Shown here piece by piece: positions 35,788 through 48,893 of a DNA stretch of 64,000 nucleotides. The translations under genes were made by a program, and so were the position numbers. Position 1 is the stretch's first letter. Every line of letters starts with the position of its first letter. Where the stretch lies: NCBI RefSeq assembly GCF_000143415.4, contig NW_003314361.1, forward strand, positions 248,001 to 312,000, read 5' to 3'. This DNA is from Selaginella moellendorffii. Its lineage: Eukaryota > Plantae > Lycopodiophyta. Below the pieces are notes generated by a model. That model saw only the letters and a list, made by a program, of their open reading frames with translations, ran no database searches and was not told where the DNA came from.

Positions 35788-38700
35788 TGTAGCATGTGGT
35801 TTTTACCCTTTATCCTATGGTGATTTACTATAGGATAACACTATGAAATTGAACCTAAACCCTCTTTGTGCCACGTGATAGATGCCATGTGTCCAAAGGA
35901 ACATGGTGTGGAACCCGAGGTTCAGGGCCTTGGGCCAATGAACGAAGGAATAGTGCCAAACTCCCAAGCATGGAGCCAAGGAGTGACGGAACTAGACCAC
36001 AGAGCAACTCCCGAGCATACAGCCCAAGGAACGAAGGGATAGGAGCCTGAAGCGACTTGGAACAGTCCTAGAATAATCAGCATCCCAATGTTAGGACTAA
36101 CATGTAAAACAGAGTTAAATAGAGTCTAGCGTTATTTCGGCATACCGGTGGCCTAATGCAAGGACATGGGTACTCCATTAGCTAGCATGGAATGGAACTT
36201 GGGCTTGGATCCAAGCCAGACGCAGAACAAAGATAAACACGCAAGCGGGAGTTAGACTATGCCTCAGGTTGGTCAACCATGCCCAACCTGTCCACAATCC
36301 TTACTATACATTTGGAACCCCCCATAGGCCCCCCCCCCCTTGAGGAACACACGCTTTGGGCTTTCACCCCAAGCCTCCCTTAGTATCAGGAGTTAGTCTC
36401 TGGGATAAGCTCAAAACTTACTAAATATGGAATGGCCCTAGATTGTTGAATTTGGACACAGGACGAACACTATTGTGTTTAGAACAATCTCTACATTCCG
36501 CAGATATGCCAAATGAGCAAATTTAAATGCTTTCCATAAATAGCATTTGGGACTGAAATGAGATTAATACAAAAGGCATGATAGCGTGGGTGTTTGGCAG
36601 ACACGGTAAACTATCAACTAGTGAATATTGAGGGACCAATCTCAATATCGTGGGGGTTTTTGATATTAGCAAGTGCAAGCCAATGACATAAGTTTCTCAA
36701 ACTAGGCCAAGTATGCTCAGCAAGAAACACATAGGGTTCCTACCTTATGTTTATCCAATCTAAGTGTATGTTCATTGACTAGTTTCTCAACTAGCTCAAG
36801 TGGGAATTGATAATGGGTCCAACAATATCAACCTCCTGCTGTTGTGGCAGTAAGGAAAGAGTGTCCATAAGGACTAGCCGACAAGTAACTTTCAATACCC
36901 AAAGTCACATTCGTGACACTCTCCCCCTCTAGGGAAGATCGACGTCCTCATCGATGCATACTTGAGTCTAGACCATTGCCAAGGAAACAATTCTAGAAAA
37001 AGTTCACGGTGATCATACTATATGAAAAATGCACTGACTTAAATGAGTTAGGGTAATCTCTTTGTCTAACGCGGATGTGTTACCAACTCAGATACCTTCC
37101 GTCCGTCGCTGACAAGGAAATGACCAATGGAGTTAGCCACCCTTGTTACTTTAGTTGTCACCCAGCTTACAAAAGTGTGATATACCTCTACCCGCAGAGA
37201 CATAGAGAGAGAAGCTAGAAGCCTCAACCCTCCTGAACAAAGAAACCAAACCCGTCGGTAAGGTTTAGATAGACTACTGTAAACAAGTAGTTAGAGTTGT
37301 TTACACGGTTATGCCTTTTCAATGAAATATGGAACATCGACAAAGAGGCGGGTTATGTGACTAGTCGACAATAGCTACCCCATGACTAAAGATTTTACCA
37401 TGCACACCAAGTGTCGAAGCCAGTCTGCCTATACTGGCCCAAACTCAAAGATTAATAGATGGATAATATCAAAGTCAGAGACAATGATATCTTAGAGACT
37501 TATGTATCGGTGAATAAATCTTAGATTAAAACACAAAAGCATTCTAAGTATGTTATCATCCGATAAACCAGTATTATAGTACAGAAACCACCAAGATCAA
37601 CATAATTGGTAAACATAGGAATCACCATTCAACAAAATTCAATAGCAAGTATATCATCAAGGAAACTCAATGATAAAACTTAATTACCAAAGATGGTAGA
37701 CAGTATGCCAAACAATTTATGAAAAATAACTCAAAGAACACAAAGTATTATTGATTAACAAGCAAAATGTGTAAGGAACCAACTCGCCGAGGTGTCGTAG
37801 GCTAAAGGAACCCCGAAAGCATGACCAAAATGACAAAGAGTTCATCTGATAGGGCCAAGTCAAAGATCGAGTCCAAGACCGACTTGGAGACCAAGTTCGA
37901 GATAGAGTCCGGAATCGAGTCCGAGGCCGACTCGGGGACCGAGTTCAAGACCGAGTTCGAGACGGAGTCCGAGATCCGAAATCGGGTCCGAGACTAAGTC
38001 CGAGGTCGAGTCCGAGGTCGAGTCCGAGATCGGGTCCGAGATCGAGTCTGAAATCGAGTCCGAGACCGAATCCGAAGTCGGATCCGAAATTGAGTCCGAG
38101 ATCGAGCCAGAGACTAAGTCCAAATACTAATACGGGTCAAGGGGTGAAAGCCCAAAGCGTGCGTTTCCCAGGGGGGGGGGGCTGCAGGGGGTTCCAAAAG
38201 TATAGTAGGGATAGTGAGGTCTAAAAACCCTTTTTAGGGGACTCTCCAGTGGGGCTTCCAAACCGACTTGAGGTTGAGACTAGGACCGAGGGGCCTTGGG
38301 TGGGAGTGAGCATGGACTTGGTTGGTGCCGGAGGGGCCATCCAAGGAAGTGGTCAAGAGCAGCTCCCACTCCCGAAAGGGAAACCGATTGCGGTGCTCCC
38401 GACTCATGTGGAGTGGTGCCCCACTTGAGTACCATGCGGCTCATTGGTCCTCGCCCTCCCTAGGGGCTTGGGCCTTCCTTCGGGATGGAAGTGGGGGGGT
38501 AGAGGTACCCATACCGGGCCGCTAGGCCACGGTGTTTCACCCCGGCGTCCCGAAGCAAGTGTTACACTCAAGACTTGGGATTTAGAGGGTCCCATGATCA
38601 AGTCTTGTGGTACCAAGGGATGTTAGGAACTTGGAAGCTTGGTGTGCTTAGCTGCTTGTGCTTGCAAGGAGTGTAGTCGAACCTTAAGTCCAATCTAACC

Positions 38701-41700
38701 CGGGGAGGGGGATTGGGAGTGATTTGGGAATCCGTGGATGGATGGCTAACACTCCGTTGCTCGTGCAGTGAGTAGCTGAAACCAAGTAGGAGTTGGTACC
38801 ATAGGCGAGAACCTTGCCAAGGTAATTTAGCAAAAGCCAAGGCAGTGTTGGACGGATAGACGAGGTAAGCTGGCAAATTGGAAAGGAAAAATTTATGGCT
38901 TACAAAATGCTTGTGAATGTATCATCTGAAGGAAATTACATCTAAATCTATCAGAACTAACTCGAGTAATAATCAACAAAATAGAATGAATGTGGTAAGA
39001 CCAACAAATATAGTGTTCATGCTAACTATTGCACTAGCTAATCTGAATCCATCCCAGCCAACAACACTAAGGAACGCAAGTTGCCTAAGCAAGTGTTAGC
39101 AATATCCTAATGATATCTCAACCCAAGAGACCAATTTAGAACAAACTACAAAGAACATGTGATATTGCGAAAAGCCATAAGTTATCAAGGAGAACAACTA
39201 ACCATTACGAAAGATCATCAATCATCCTATCAAAAAGAGAGATGCATAATCACCGTCAAAGAAAGAATCTACCATCCCAAAGAACAATAAATCATTCTTG
39301 ATCAACAATAATCAAGTAAAACCTTTTGATAAGGATAATCAACTATCTTAGATGATAGTCAATCATCACCAATGATTGCTAGATGCAAAAGCCAATTTCA
39401 GCATCAAAGCTAATGAGCCAAAAATGCCTTCCCCAACAACTTTTAACAAATGGAATAATGAGCATAAAAACTCAAAGAACCAAAAGCTCGAAGAAGTATA
39501 TAGCCAAGTCTTGCCTAACAATAATCATGAGTCTTGCATGAATTAACTTCAATGCTAAAGAAGAAATCACGGCATAACCCACAATATTCTTCTCAACACA
39601 TCCATAAGTTAAATTTCATAGTGCAAAGTTAATGAAGAGCATATCTACATCAATCTAAAAGCTAAGCACAATAGAGCTATGTTCAACAAGTGATCACTAA
39701 ACGATCCTTTATGAATCCATCTATAGCAAGACATAACTCATTTCATAACAAGCATAAGAAGAATCATCAATGATCGATATATCCCAACTCAAATCTAACA
39801 AGGACTCAAATATTTTAATATCGATCACTAACTCTTCATCTTGTAAAGCTAGCATAATCCACAACTAAATTACTTTTCAAGGAAAAGCTAAAGCTCAACC
39901 TCTACTAAACAATCTCGTCTAGAACACAACTAACTCAACTTGCCACTCAGTTCATTTGAACGTCAATATAGTTGCTACCTAGCAAATGCACAAATACCAA
40001 TAACACAAAGCTACAGCCAAATTATCAACACTATCTTCATCGAGACTAATGAAACTCAATATCAATCTTTGGAGAGACATCTTATTTCACTTAAAACTCA
40101 ACATTAACAATGTTAATGAAAAGGCATCACTTCAATGCCATTAACACCATAACAAAGCTAGAAGAAAGCATGAGTGAATCACTACTCAAAATTCCTTAAC
40201 AACTAAGCTAAGCAAAGTCGAAGATACCTTACTTAGTATCCAAGACTAAACCTTCAACTATACTCAGTTACAAATAACACATCATCAAGAAGTGATTCAC
40301 CACATCCAAGACTTAATGAAATCCAACACTACGAACTAAACACAACCAAATGATATCGACAGAGGTAGAATCAACATGCTAACATGGAAAACCATGTAAG
40401 TTTAACGACATGATCCTCTGCAACACCATCCAGTAAAGCAAGCCCATCATTGATAAATCTTCATCGAGCAAAGCAAGTATCAACAGTCCTCGACGAAGTA
40501 TACAAACAATCACTAGTCGCAAAGCAACTAACAATCACTCTTCAACTTGCCTTCACAAGACCCAACACTAAACACATATCATCAAGTCATATACTTATCC
40601 AACATGAACATAATGCCTCAAGTACGAGATAAAGGTTCATAGACAAGCATAATTAAATGACCACTTGAATCCAACTGAACTGTAATAAGCTCACTAATGC
40701 GTTTAGCCAACAGCTCTAAGCATGCTTTGAAGAGGCTAGCTATGCATGATCAACACTCTGTCAAAATTAAAGTGAAGACTATGAGATGGACTCATATTGG
40801 TACACAATCTCTTTACAAAAAAAAGGCTATAGTATAGGTACTAACATCTCAACCTCAATAACTAAGTTGGACATCACCATCCTCAGCCAAGGTGCAGAGC
40901 CACCAAGACCAAGTAAAAATCAATGAGAGCTCACTACTCTCATAAAGTCTTAATGAAATGCAAGGTGCAACCTGCCACCAAGCACAACGCTATAGAAGAA
41001 AAGCACAAGGGTCACTTTTCTAGAAAATCACAATAGACACTTTTTTACATCAACTCTAGACTCTATCCAACTCAATTGCCTTAGTCCCAAAAGTCATCAT
41101 CCCTTTTGGGTTGCATCATACAAACTACTTACTAAGATTTAAGCTAACCGAAGTCAACTCTAACCTTTTCACTAGTTTGTACTGGCTTTTACGAAAACAC
41201 TTTACGAAAACAGAATCATTTTCTAGCAAAGTGATTAATAGATCAACCATTGGAAAAGCCTAAAAAAATTTGTGGAAATTTTCCATCCTAGAGAAAGAAT
41301 AACTCTTAGTCTAGGAATACAAACTTTCAAGACTTAACCAACTTCTTCCTACTAACAACTTCATATAGATTCACCTCAACACAAATTCTCAAGACCCAAC
41401 AGCATGCTAAGCATCAAACATCTTGCCTATATTTTTGACATCTGCAAAATGTAAAATGATCATCCAAGGCTTGATCACGAAGACCATATTTTCGGATATC
41501 CATATTGCACTAACATTCTTCTTTAACCACCTTCAAGATCCAATGTGAAGCCAAAACATTAACAAGAAAAATAACATGGAAAATCAAGGTCAAAGGAGAA
41601 TTCTTCATCACTCGAAATAATAATGCCACTTCCACTAATAAAAGTGCTATTGATGTCAATGCTTCAACTACACATCTTCTCTATCCAACAATCTACTCAA

Positions 41701-44284
41701 AGTGTTAATGGATCAACCAATGAGCTATAGCAAATAAATGTTACAACCCTTTTTCCAACACCTTATGGGTAAACCCTTAAGGAAACAACGTACCACTCAA
41801 GTTTAGCATAATGGACCACCATCGAGAATCCAATCAAAGCTACTACAATGCTATTTTGTGCAAGTAAACTAGCTTCACCATCAACCACTTTAGGGTTGAT
41901 CATCGTTTAACCAAACAACTTCGTAAACACATTGCTCATTATCACATAGATATGATATAAGTATCACAATGACTTGATCATCAATTGAGCAACACCACAA
42001 GCAATGCCAGTGTCATTACTTCAAAGGTTTATGTGAGTATCAAATGCCAACTCTATTCGACAAAATGTAACATAAATGCCTACCGATAAAGATTTACAAC
42101 ACCCAACACCACTAACTTTTGTTCACAACACAAACAAGCTCATGCCACTCTCTTTCCGACCAAACTCAAAACTAATCCAACACTAAACTACCCTAGGAGC
42201 AATAACAAGGTTCTCGGAAAAGAATTAAGCATTGTAACCCAAGTCTTCCAATAGTAAGCCTAGACAAAATGGTTTAGCGCTTTACCGTTATCCATCCCAT
42301 GACTCACCACTTGTAAGGCCATCATTTCTAACATGCATTAAGGGACTCTTGATTGCATATTGTGAACACGAGCAATGAGTCACACCTTGTTGCAAATCAT
42401 CTCTCCAAGAAGAGAAGATGATTTACGTGTATGATCCTTTATCCCTAACAACTCTCTTTTCGGTCTCATCTTTGACTAAACCTCAAGTTTGCATTTGCAC
42501 TGCCTTTAGTCCAATCCAAGAAAAGTTTATAAGAGAGTACAGCAATGACTACTTGAATCAATAGACTAATCTCTACAATCTTGATTGATCCATTTGTATT
42601 CATGCTTAGGAAGGATCCACTAGTGTCGTGCTAAACAGCTACGGACTAGCCTATTTGTCACTCACAGCAAACCCAAGGAAGGTTTACTTTTACTCACGAT
42701 ATATGGAACAAATCATGGAACCATTGGAACAACTCATGGAACCAATGATAGGCTAGCATTAATCTTGCCAACTCAAAGTGCAACCTTGAGTTGCTAATGT
42801 GCTTCACTCACGAGCCCAAGCAAAAACTCGTGCACAAATGGTACACCTCAATCCATTTTGCCAACTCAAAGTGTAACCTTGAGTTGCTAATGCGCCTCAT
42901 TCACGAGTCCCAGCACAAACTCGTGTAAGCTCTCAATCCCATTTATGAGCCCAAGAGCAAGCTCACATACAATGCGGTACAAAAAGGTAACTGAACTCCA
43001 TACCCAAGGAACGAATGTGAAGCCTTTGTACCCAAACGTGTACCCACTCAGATCATCGTTTTCATCTCTGCGTATGCAACGAGACTAGTTACCCAATCTC
43101 ATTGGATAGTACTCGCCGAGACTCATCCTCTAATACCAAATGTAGCACATGTGGTTTTTACCTTTTATCCTATGGTGATTTACCATAGGATAACACCACG
43201 AAATTGATAAACCCTCTTTGTGCCACGTGACAGATGCCACGTGTCACATACCACGTGTCCAAAGGAACGTGGTGTGGAACCCGAGGTTCAGAGCCTTGGG
43301 CCACTAAACGAAGGAATGGTGCCAAACTCCCAAGCATGGAGCCAAGGAGTGACGGAACCAGACTACGGAGCAACTCCCGAGCATACAGCCCAAAGAGCGA
43401 AGGGACAGGAGCCTGGAGTGACTTGGAACAGTCTTAGAGCAACTAGCTTCCCAATGCCAGGACTAGCACACAAAACGGAGCCAAATGGAGTTTGGTGTTA
43501 TTTCGGCATACTGGTGGCTTAACGCAAAGACATAGGTACTCCATTAACTAGCATGGAATGGAACTTGCGCTTGGACCCAAGCCAGACATAGAACAAGGAC
43601 AGGCACGCAAGCGGGAGTTAGACTATGCCTCAGGTTGGTCAACCATGCCCAACCTGCCCACAATCCCTACTATACATTTGGAACCCCCCATAGGCCCCCT
43701 CCCCCCCTTGAGGAACACACGCTTTGGGCTTTCACCCCAAGCCTCCCTTAGTATCAGGAGTTAGTCTTTGGGATAAACTCAAAACTTACTAAATATGGAA
43801 TGACTTTAAATTGTGAATTTGGACATAGGACAAACACCATTGTGTTCAGAACAATCTCTACATTCCGTAGATATGCCAAATGAGCAAATCTAAATGCTTT
43901 CCATAAATAGCATTTGGGACTGAAATGAAACTAACACAAAGGGCATGATAGCGTGGGTGTTTGGCAGACAAGGTAAGCTATTATCTAGCGAATATTGAGG
44001 GACTAATCTCAATATCATGAGGGTTCTTGATATTAGCAAATGCAAGCCAATGACACAAGTTTATCAAACTAGGCTGAGTATGCTCAACAAGAAACACATA
44101 GGGTTCCTACCTTATGTTTATCCAATCTAAGTGCATGTTCATTGACCAGTTTCTCAACTAGCTCAAGTAGGAACTGATAACGGGTCCAACAATACTGACC
44201 TCCTGCTGTCGTAACAATAAGGAAAGAGTGTCCTAAGGACTAGCCAACAGGTAACTTTCGATACCCGAAGTTACATTCGCACCA
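35788..44284 (-). mobile_element. Two-LTR retroelement, family A (LTRs 35788-36918 and 43141-44284), degenerate interior
   Basis: TG...CA termini with a GCACA TSD at 35783-35787 and 44285-44289. An iMet-like PBS TGGTATTAGAG lies on the minus strand next to 43140, and a PPT AGAGGGGGAGAG next to 36919. Confidence 0.92.
37770..38904 (+). mobile_element. Solo LTR nested in element A, containing a GAGTCC/GAGATC hexamer array
   Basis: TGTAAG...CTTACA termini with an AAATG TSD at 37765-37769 and 38905-38909. Confidence 0.9.
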
Positions 44285-44529
44285 GCACATGTTTCTCAAA
44301 AATAACCATTTTACTAATGACAAAATTTAGAGGTTATGTATGGTATCAGTATATACCATATGGATATAGACCAGGCTAATCTAGGTTGAATAAACCTAAT
44401 CAAGTTTGTTAATTTATAAGTATGATCTTCAATAATTCTAAAATATCACCTTCTTATGTTTCTTTCAAACTTACATTATTTATCATTCCTATTATTATAT
44501 TATTTATCATTTATCATTCCTATTTCCTC

Positions 44530-47500
44530 ATATAAACACTCATATTGGTGAAGGTGAGGGGTATCTTTCATTGTCCCTAAAGAGTGCTTGGATTTGGGAT
44601 GGTTTAAATTTAACTTTTGCATTGTCTAGATCTAGTTTTTTCCATTTCTTTTCTTTTGTTATTTCCTTTTAGGATTTTGATTTAGATCTAGCTTTTCCAT
44701 TGTTTAGATCTCCCTTTCCTTCTAGTTTTTTCTCATTTCTCTTTTTTTGCTCTTTACTTTTCATTCATCTTCATGGCAAAGCATTAGTCTTCTCCTTTGA
44801 CTCTGGAGTAGTAGTTGGTGCAATTGCTTGATGCCATGCGATTGTAATTAAACAACTAAACTCAGTTGATGGTGGCATTCATAGCATGTAGTATAGCTCC
44901 TCCTTTTGGTGCCAATCTTCATGTTCGACTGGAGTTCTTTTGCGGGAATCCTGGGGATGATGTGTACCATTGGTTCGATCACTTCACGGTGATTGCCACA
45001 TATCATTCTTGGGATGATGCTTGACGTTTGTGTGAATTTCCCACGTGTCTCCAAAGGATGGCATTGCAGTGGTACAATGGTTTGAGCGCAGCCACTCGTG
45101 GGGATTGGAGTGTTCGCCTCTTTCACTAGCGTGGAAAAGGCGACATCTCATAACATTATGCCAAGCGAAGAGCATCATCAAGGGTGGCGAGAGCAAGTGC
45201 ATGCACAAGTTCGACAAGATCTTGACCATGTCCGCATTTGAAGACGTTCGGGAGAACACTCCAATCCCCACGAGTGGCTGCACTCAAACTTCTCGTTACA
45301 CGTCTTTCTGCTCCACTTTCTATGGGCAATGGTCCTGCTCAAATGGAGGTTAATGCTGCTGCTGCTTGAGTCCAAGGACAAGGGCGAGGACGTGGTTGGC
45401 TGTGACGTTCGCTATTGGGCATATGATGAAGTTGGTCACACTTATCGGGATTGTTAGTGTTTTCTAGATTGGCGATCTCCATTTTCTTGGTGGAGACCTT
45501 GGCATTAACAACGTCCTGTTAGTGTTGCTACAGTGAAAGGTCTGGACACTGAAATGCATCCGAGAAATGAGGAATCAAGCGAGTAATGGAGGGACCTTGC
45601 GCGAATAAGTCAATGACCCCTCCATATTTCTTTCGGGAGTATCATCAAGGGGTTCACTCGGCACTGATATATCCAGTGTTTGCTTTCCAAGCTCATTTTT
45701 ATAACAAGAGGCCTATTATTCTCTCCATGCTGGTTGATATAGGTTTGAGTTTATCTTCTATTACTTAACCTGTTACCACATGTCACTGTCTACACTTGCA
45801 TCGTGCGGTGGAACTAGTTTTCATTCTTTATGGCAACGGCTGTACATATGCATGTGCACGGGATGAGGTGGACTTAGTTGTGTGTGTGGGTATCGAGCTT
45901 GGGTTGCAATCATTGCGGGTGGTGTTGAGTTAGGCTTTTGACCTCATCCTTGGTATGGATTAATTGCAGTGCAATCATGCCAAGTATGACTTTGAGGCTT
46001 CCTCCCCCTTGTCTCATTCTTCTTTATATTTCATCCATTCCTCTCACTTCTATACCTTTTCATTCCTTTACTTTTACCTTTGCTTCCATTACTTTTTTCC
46101 CCCCACTATTTCCTTCTATGTTTCTGTCTTGTTCTGCTCTTCCCTTTTCCGATCCCTCTGACAATCTTTGTGTTGCAGCAGTTGACCGGCTTATGAAGGA
46201 GTAGTCTGATCTCTTTGAATTTGACCTATTGTCTGGGGCCAAGATTACCACACGTCATCTGATTCCAATCGGGGATGCTTGTCCAATCAAGGTTCCTATT
46301 TGTTGTCAGTCACCCAAAGAAATCAAAATTTTACATGCAAACGTCAAAGAGATGTTGAAGAAGGGTGTTATTCAAAAGTCGCAAAGTCCTTGGGCATGTG
46401 AACCTCATCTTGTGACAAAGCCTAATGGGAGTATTCATTTCTACATTGACTATCGTCCGTTAAATGAAGTGATAATCCCGGATGTTTACCCTCTTCCTCA
46501 CACTGCTGATCTTTTGGATTGTCTAGGGTGAAGTCGTTAGTTCACCAAGCTAGATTTTGCTTCTAGGTACTGGCAAGTACTAATGGCCGAAGAAGATATC
46601 CCTAAGATTGTTTTTTGTACACCATTTAGTTTGTATGAGTTCTTGGTGATACTATTTGGTTTGAACAACGCTCCAGCAACTTTCCAGCGGATGATGGATA
46701 AGGTTCTTTGCGATATGCTAGAGATGATTACTGAATTCATTAATGATGTCTTGATCCACTCGAAAGGGACATGGGAGGAGCACATTCGTGATGTTTGTAA
46801 AGTGTTGGATTGGTTACAGAGCATTGGTTTAAAGCTGAAGTGGTTGAAATGCGTGTTAGGGTCCAAGGACACAATTTATCTTGGGTACCGTATTTCTCAT
46901 GAGGGTTTGCAATTTGATCCTGACAAACTTATGATTGTTCTAAAGTTCCCTTCTTCGAAGTATGTGAATGATGTGTAGTGCTTCCTGGGCAAGGTGCAAT
47001 ATCTTGGTCGTTTTGTGGATCATCTTTCTGATTGCACTACATTGTTGCAAGCATTGTTGAAGTCATCAACGTCATCTTTCATCTAGTCCCTAGATTGTGA
47101 GTGGGCATTTATGGATCTATTTAGGTATTGATGACTCCTCTGGTTTTGGCATATCTTGACTACACTCAACCTTTTATTTTGTGCACAGATATTTTTGATA
47201 TTGGTCTTGGAGGTGTGTTAATGCAAGAAAGCGCAAGTATGCCTAATTAGCACCATCCCATTGCGTATATAAGTTATACATTACAACTAGTGGAGGTGAA
47301 CTACTCCACAATAGAGAATGAGTGTTTAGCAGCAGTTTGGGGTTTCGAGAAATTGTATATCTACATAGTTCTTTAACGTTTTTTGAAAGTGATTATGCTG
47401 CCATTATTTCATTATTGAAGCGAAAGAACCTGGATGGTCGTATTGCTTGGTGAGCTTTGAAACTTTAGATATATAATTTTGATATTGTTCATTGCCTAGA

Positions 47501-48893
47501 GAGTTTTATGGCTGATGTTGATGCCCTTTCTTGAGCTCCTCTTCCTTCTCCATTTTCTTCTCATGTTTCTGACGAGCCTATTGTTTCGGCATCTATGGAT
47601 TTTCTAGACAAGGATTTTGTGCCATTGGCAGTTGTTGTACTTGATGTTCAATGTCCACAAGGTGCAGAGCAAGATTTACCTTCTCTTGATGAGGTTCGCG
47701 AGACTCAAAAGCTTCAGCCATGGATTCGAAGACTTCGAGATGGGTTTGAGAATCCTGCATCATTTGCTGATGACTTGCCATTCCAGCATTTACATTCTTA
47801 GTATCGCCTTGAAGACGGCCTTCTTTATTTTGTGGGGATGGATCCTGATGATCCTTTACAATTGATGGTGCCCTCCATTTTTATTCCATGGTTTCTCCAT
47901 GCCTACTATGATTCTTCTGTTCTAGGCGGGTATATGGAACATCATCGTGTGACCAAGAAGTTGTGTAGGCCTTTTTATTGGCCGGAGATACAACATGATA
48001 TTATCCGATATGTGCATAGCTGCATTCAGTTCCAAGCTTGTAATACTCCCCCTCATGCTGCGGAAGGACAGTTAGAGTCAATTGCAATTTCCCATCTATT
48101 TGAGTTGGTGGCATTTGATTTTAGGGGACCTTTTCCATGATCGATTGCTGGCAATGAATATGCTATTATTGCTTCTGACTATTTAACTCGTTGGGTGGAA
48201 ATTAGTGCTCTTGCTAGTGCCTCTGCAACTGCTGTTGGATACTTCCTCCTCATTCGAGTGGTATTCCAACATTCTTGTCCAGAACAAATTCTTTCGGATA
48301 ATGGTCCTGCATTTATGGCTGAAGCATTTCATGTTTTGACGTCTTGGTTGGGGATATGCCACCCTTTCATGAGTGCTTATCATCCATAGTTAGACGGTTT
48401 GGTGGAACGGCTCGTTTGGACATTCAAAGGAATAATCATGAAATACGTGAACTTTCAGTATTTGGATTGGGATGATTATTTGCTATCTCTTCGGTATACA
48501 TATGTTACAAGGGTGTAGAGTTCTGTTGATGCTTCACCATATAAACTTTTATATGGTCATAATCCAATATTACCAAAGGAACTGGGTTTACCTTCGCAAT
48601 TGCCATAAGTTGCCGATGTTAGGTCGTGGGATCAGTATTTGATGAGCATCCTTCCAGTTGTTTGAGCAAAGTCTGCCAAACACTTAGGCCACGTACAAGT
48701 GGGATAACAACGGCGCTATAACTTCTATCATCGTCCACTTGCGGAGTACAAAATGGATGACTTGATGTTAGTCTATTTTCCCTATTTTACGGTATGTGGT
48801 TTATTTAAGAGGCTCCTTGCTCAGTGGAAAGGACCATATTGGGTGTTGCGGCAAGTTGGACTGCAAGTTTATGAGGTTTGACATGATGTCCAG
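44530..48893 (+). mobile_element. Ty3/Gypsy family B, degenerate copy (gag, protease, RT, RNaseH, integrase)
   Basis: PBS TGGTGAAGGTGAGGGG. RT motifs SPWA...YIDYRPLN, FGLNNAPATFQR and FINDVLI. Colinear with 59454-63700 and full of stops. Confidence 0.9.
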
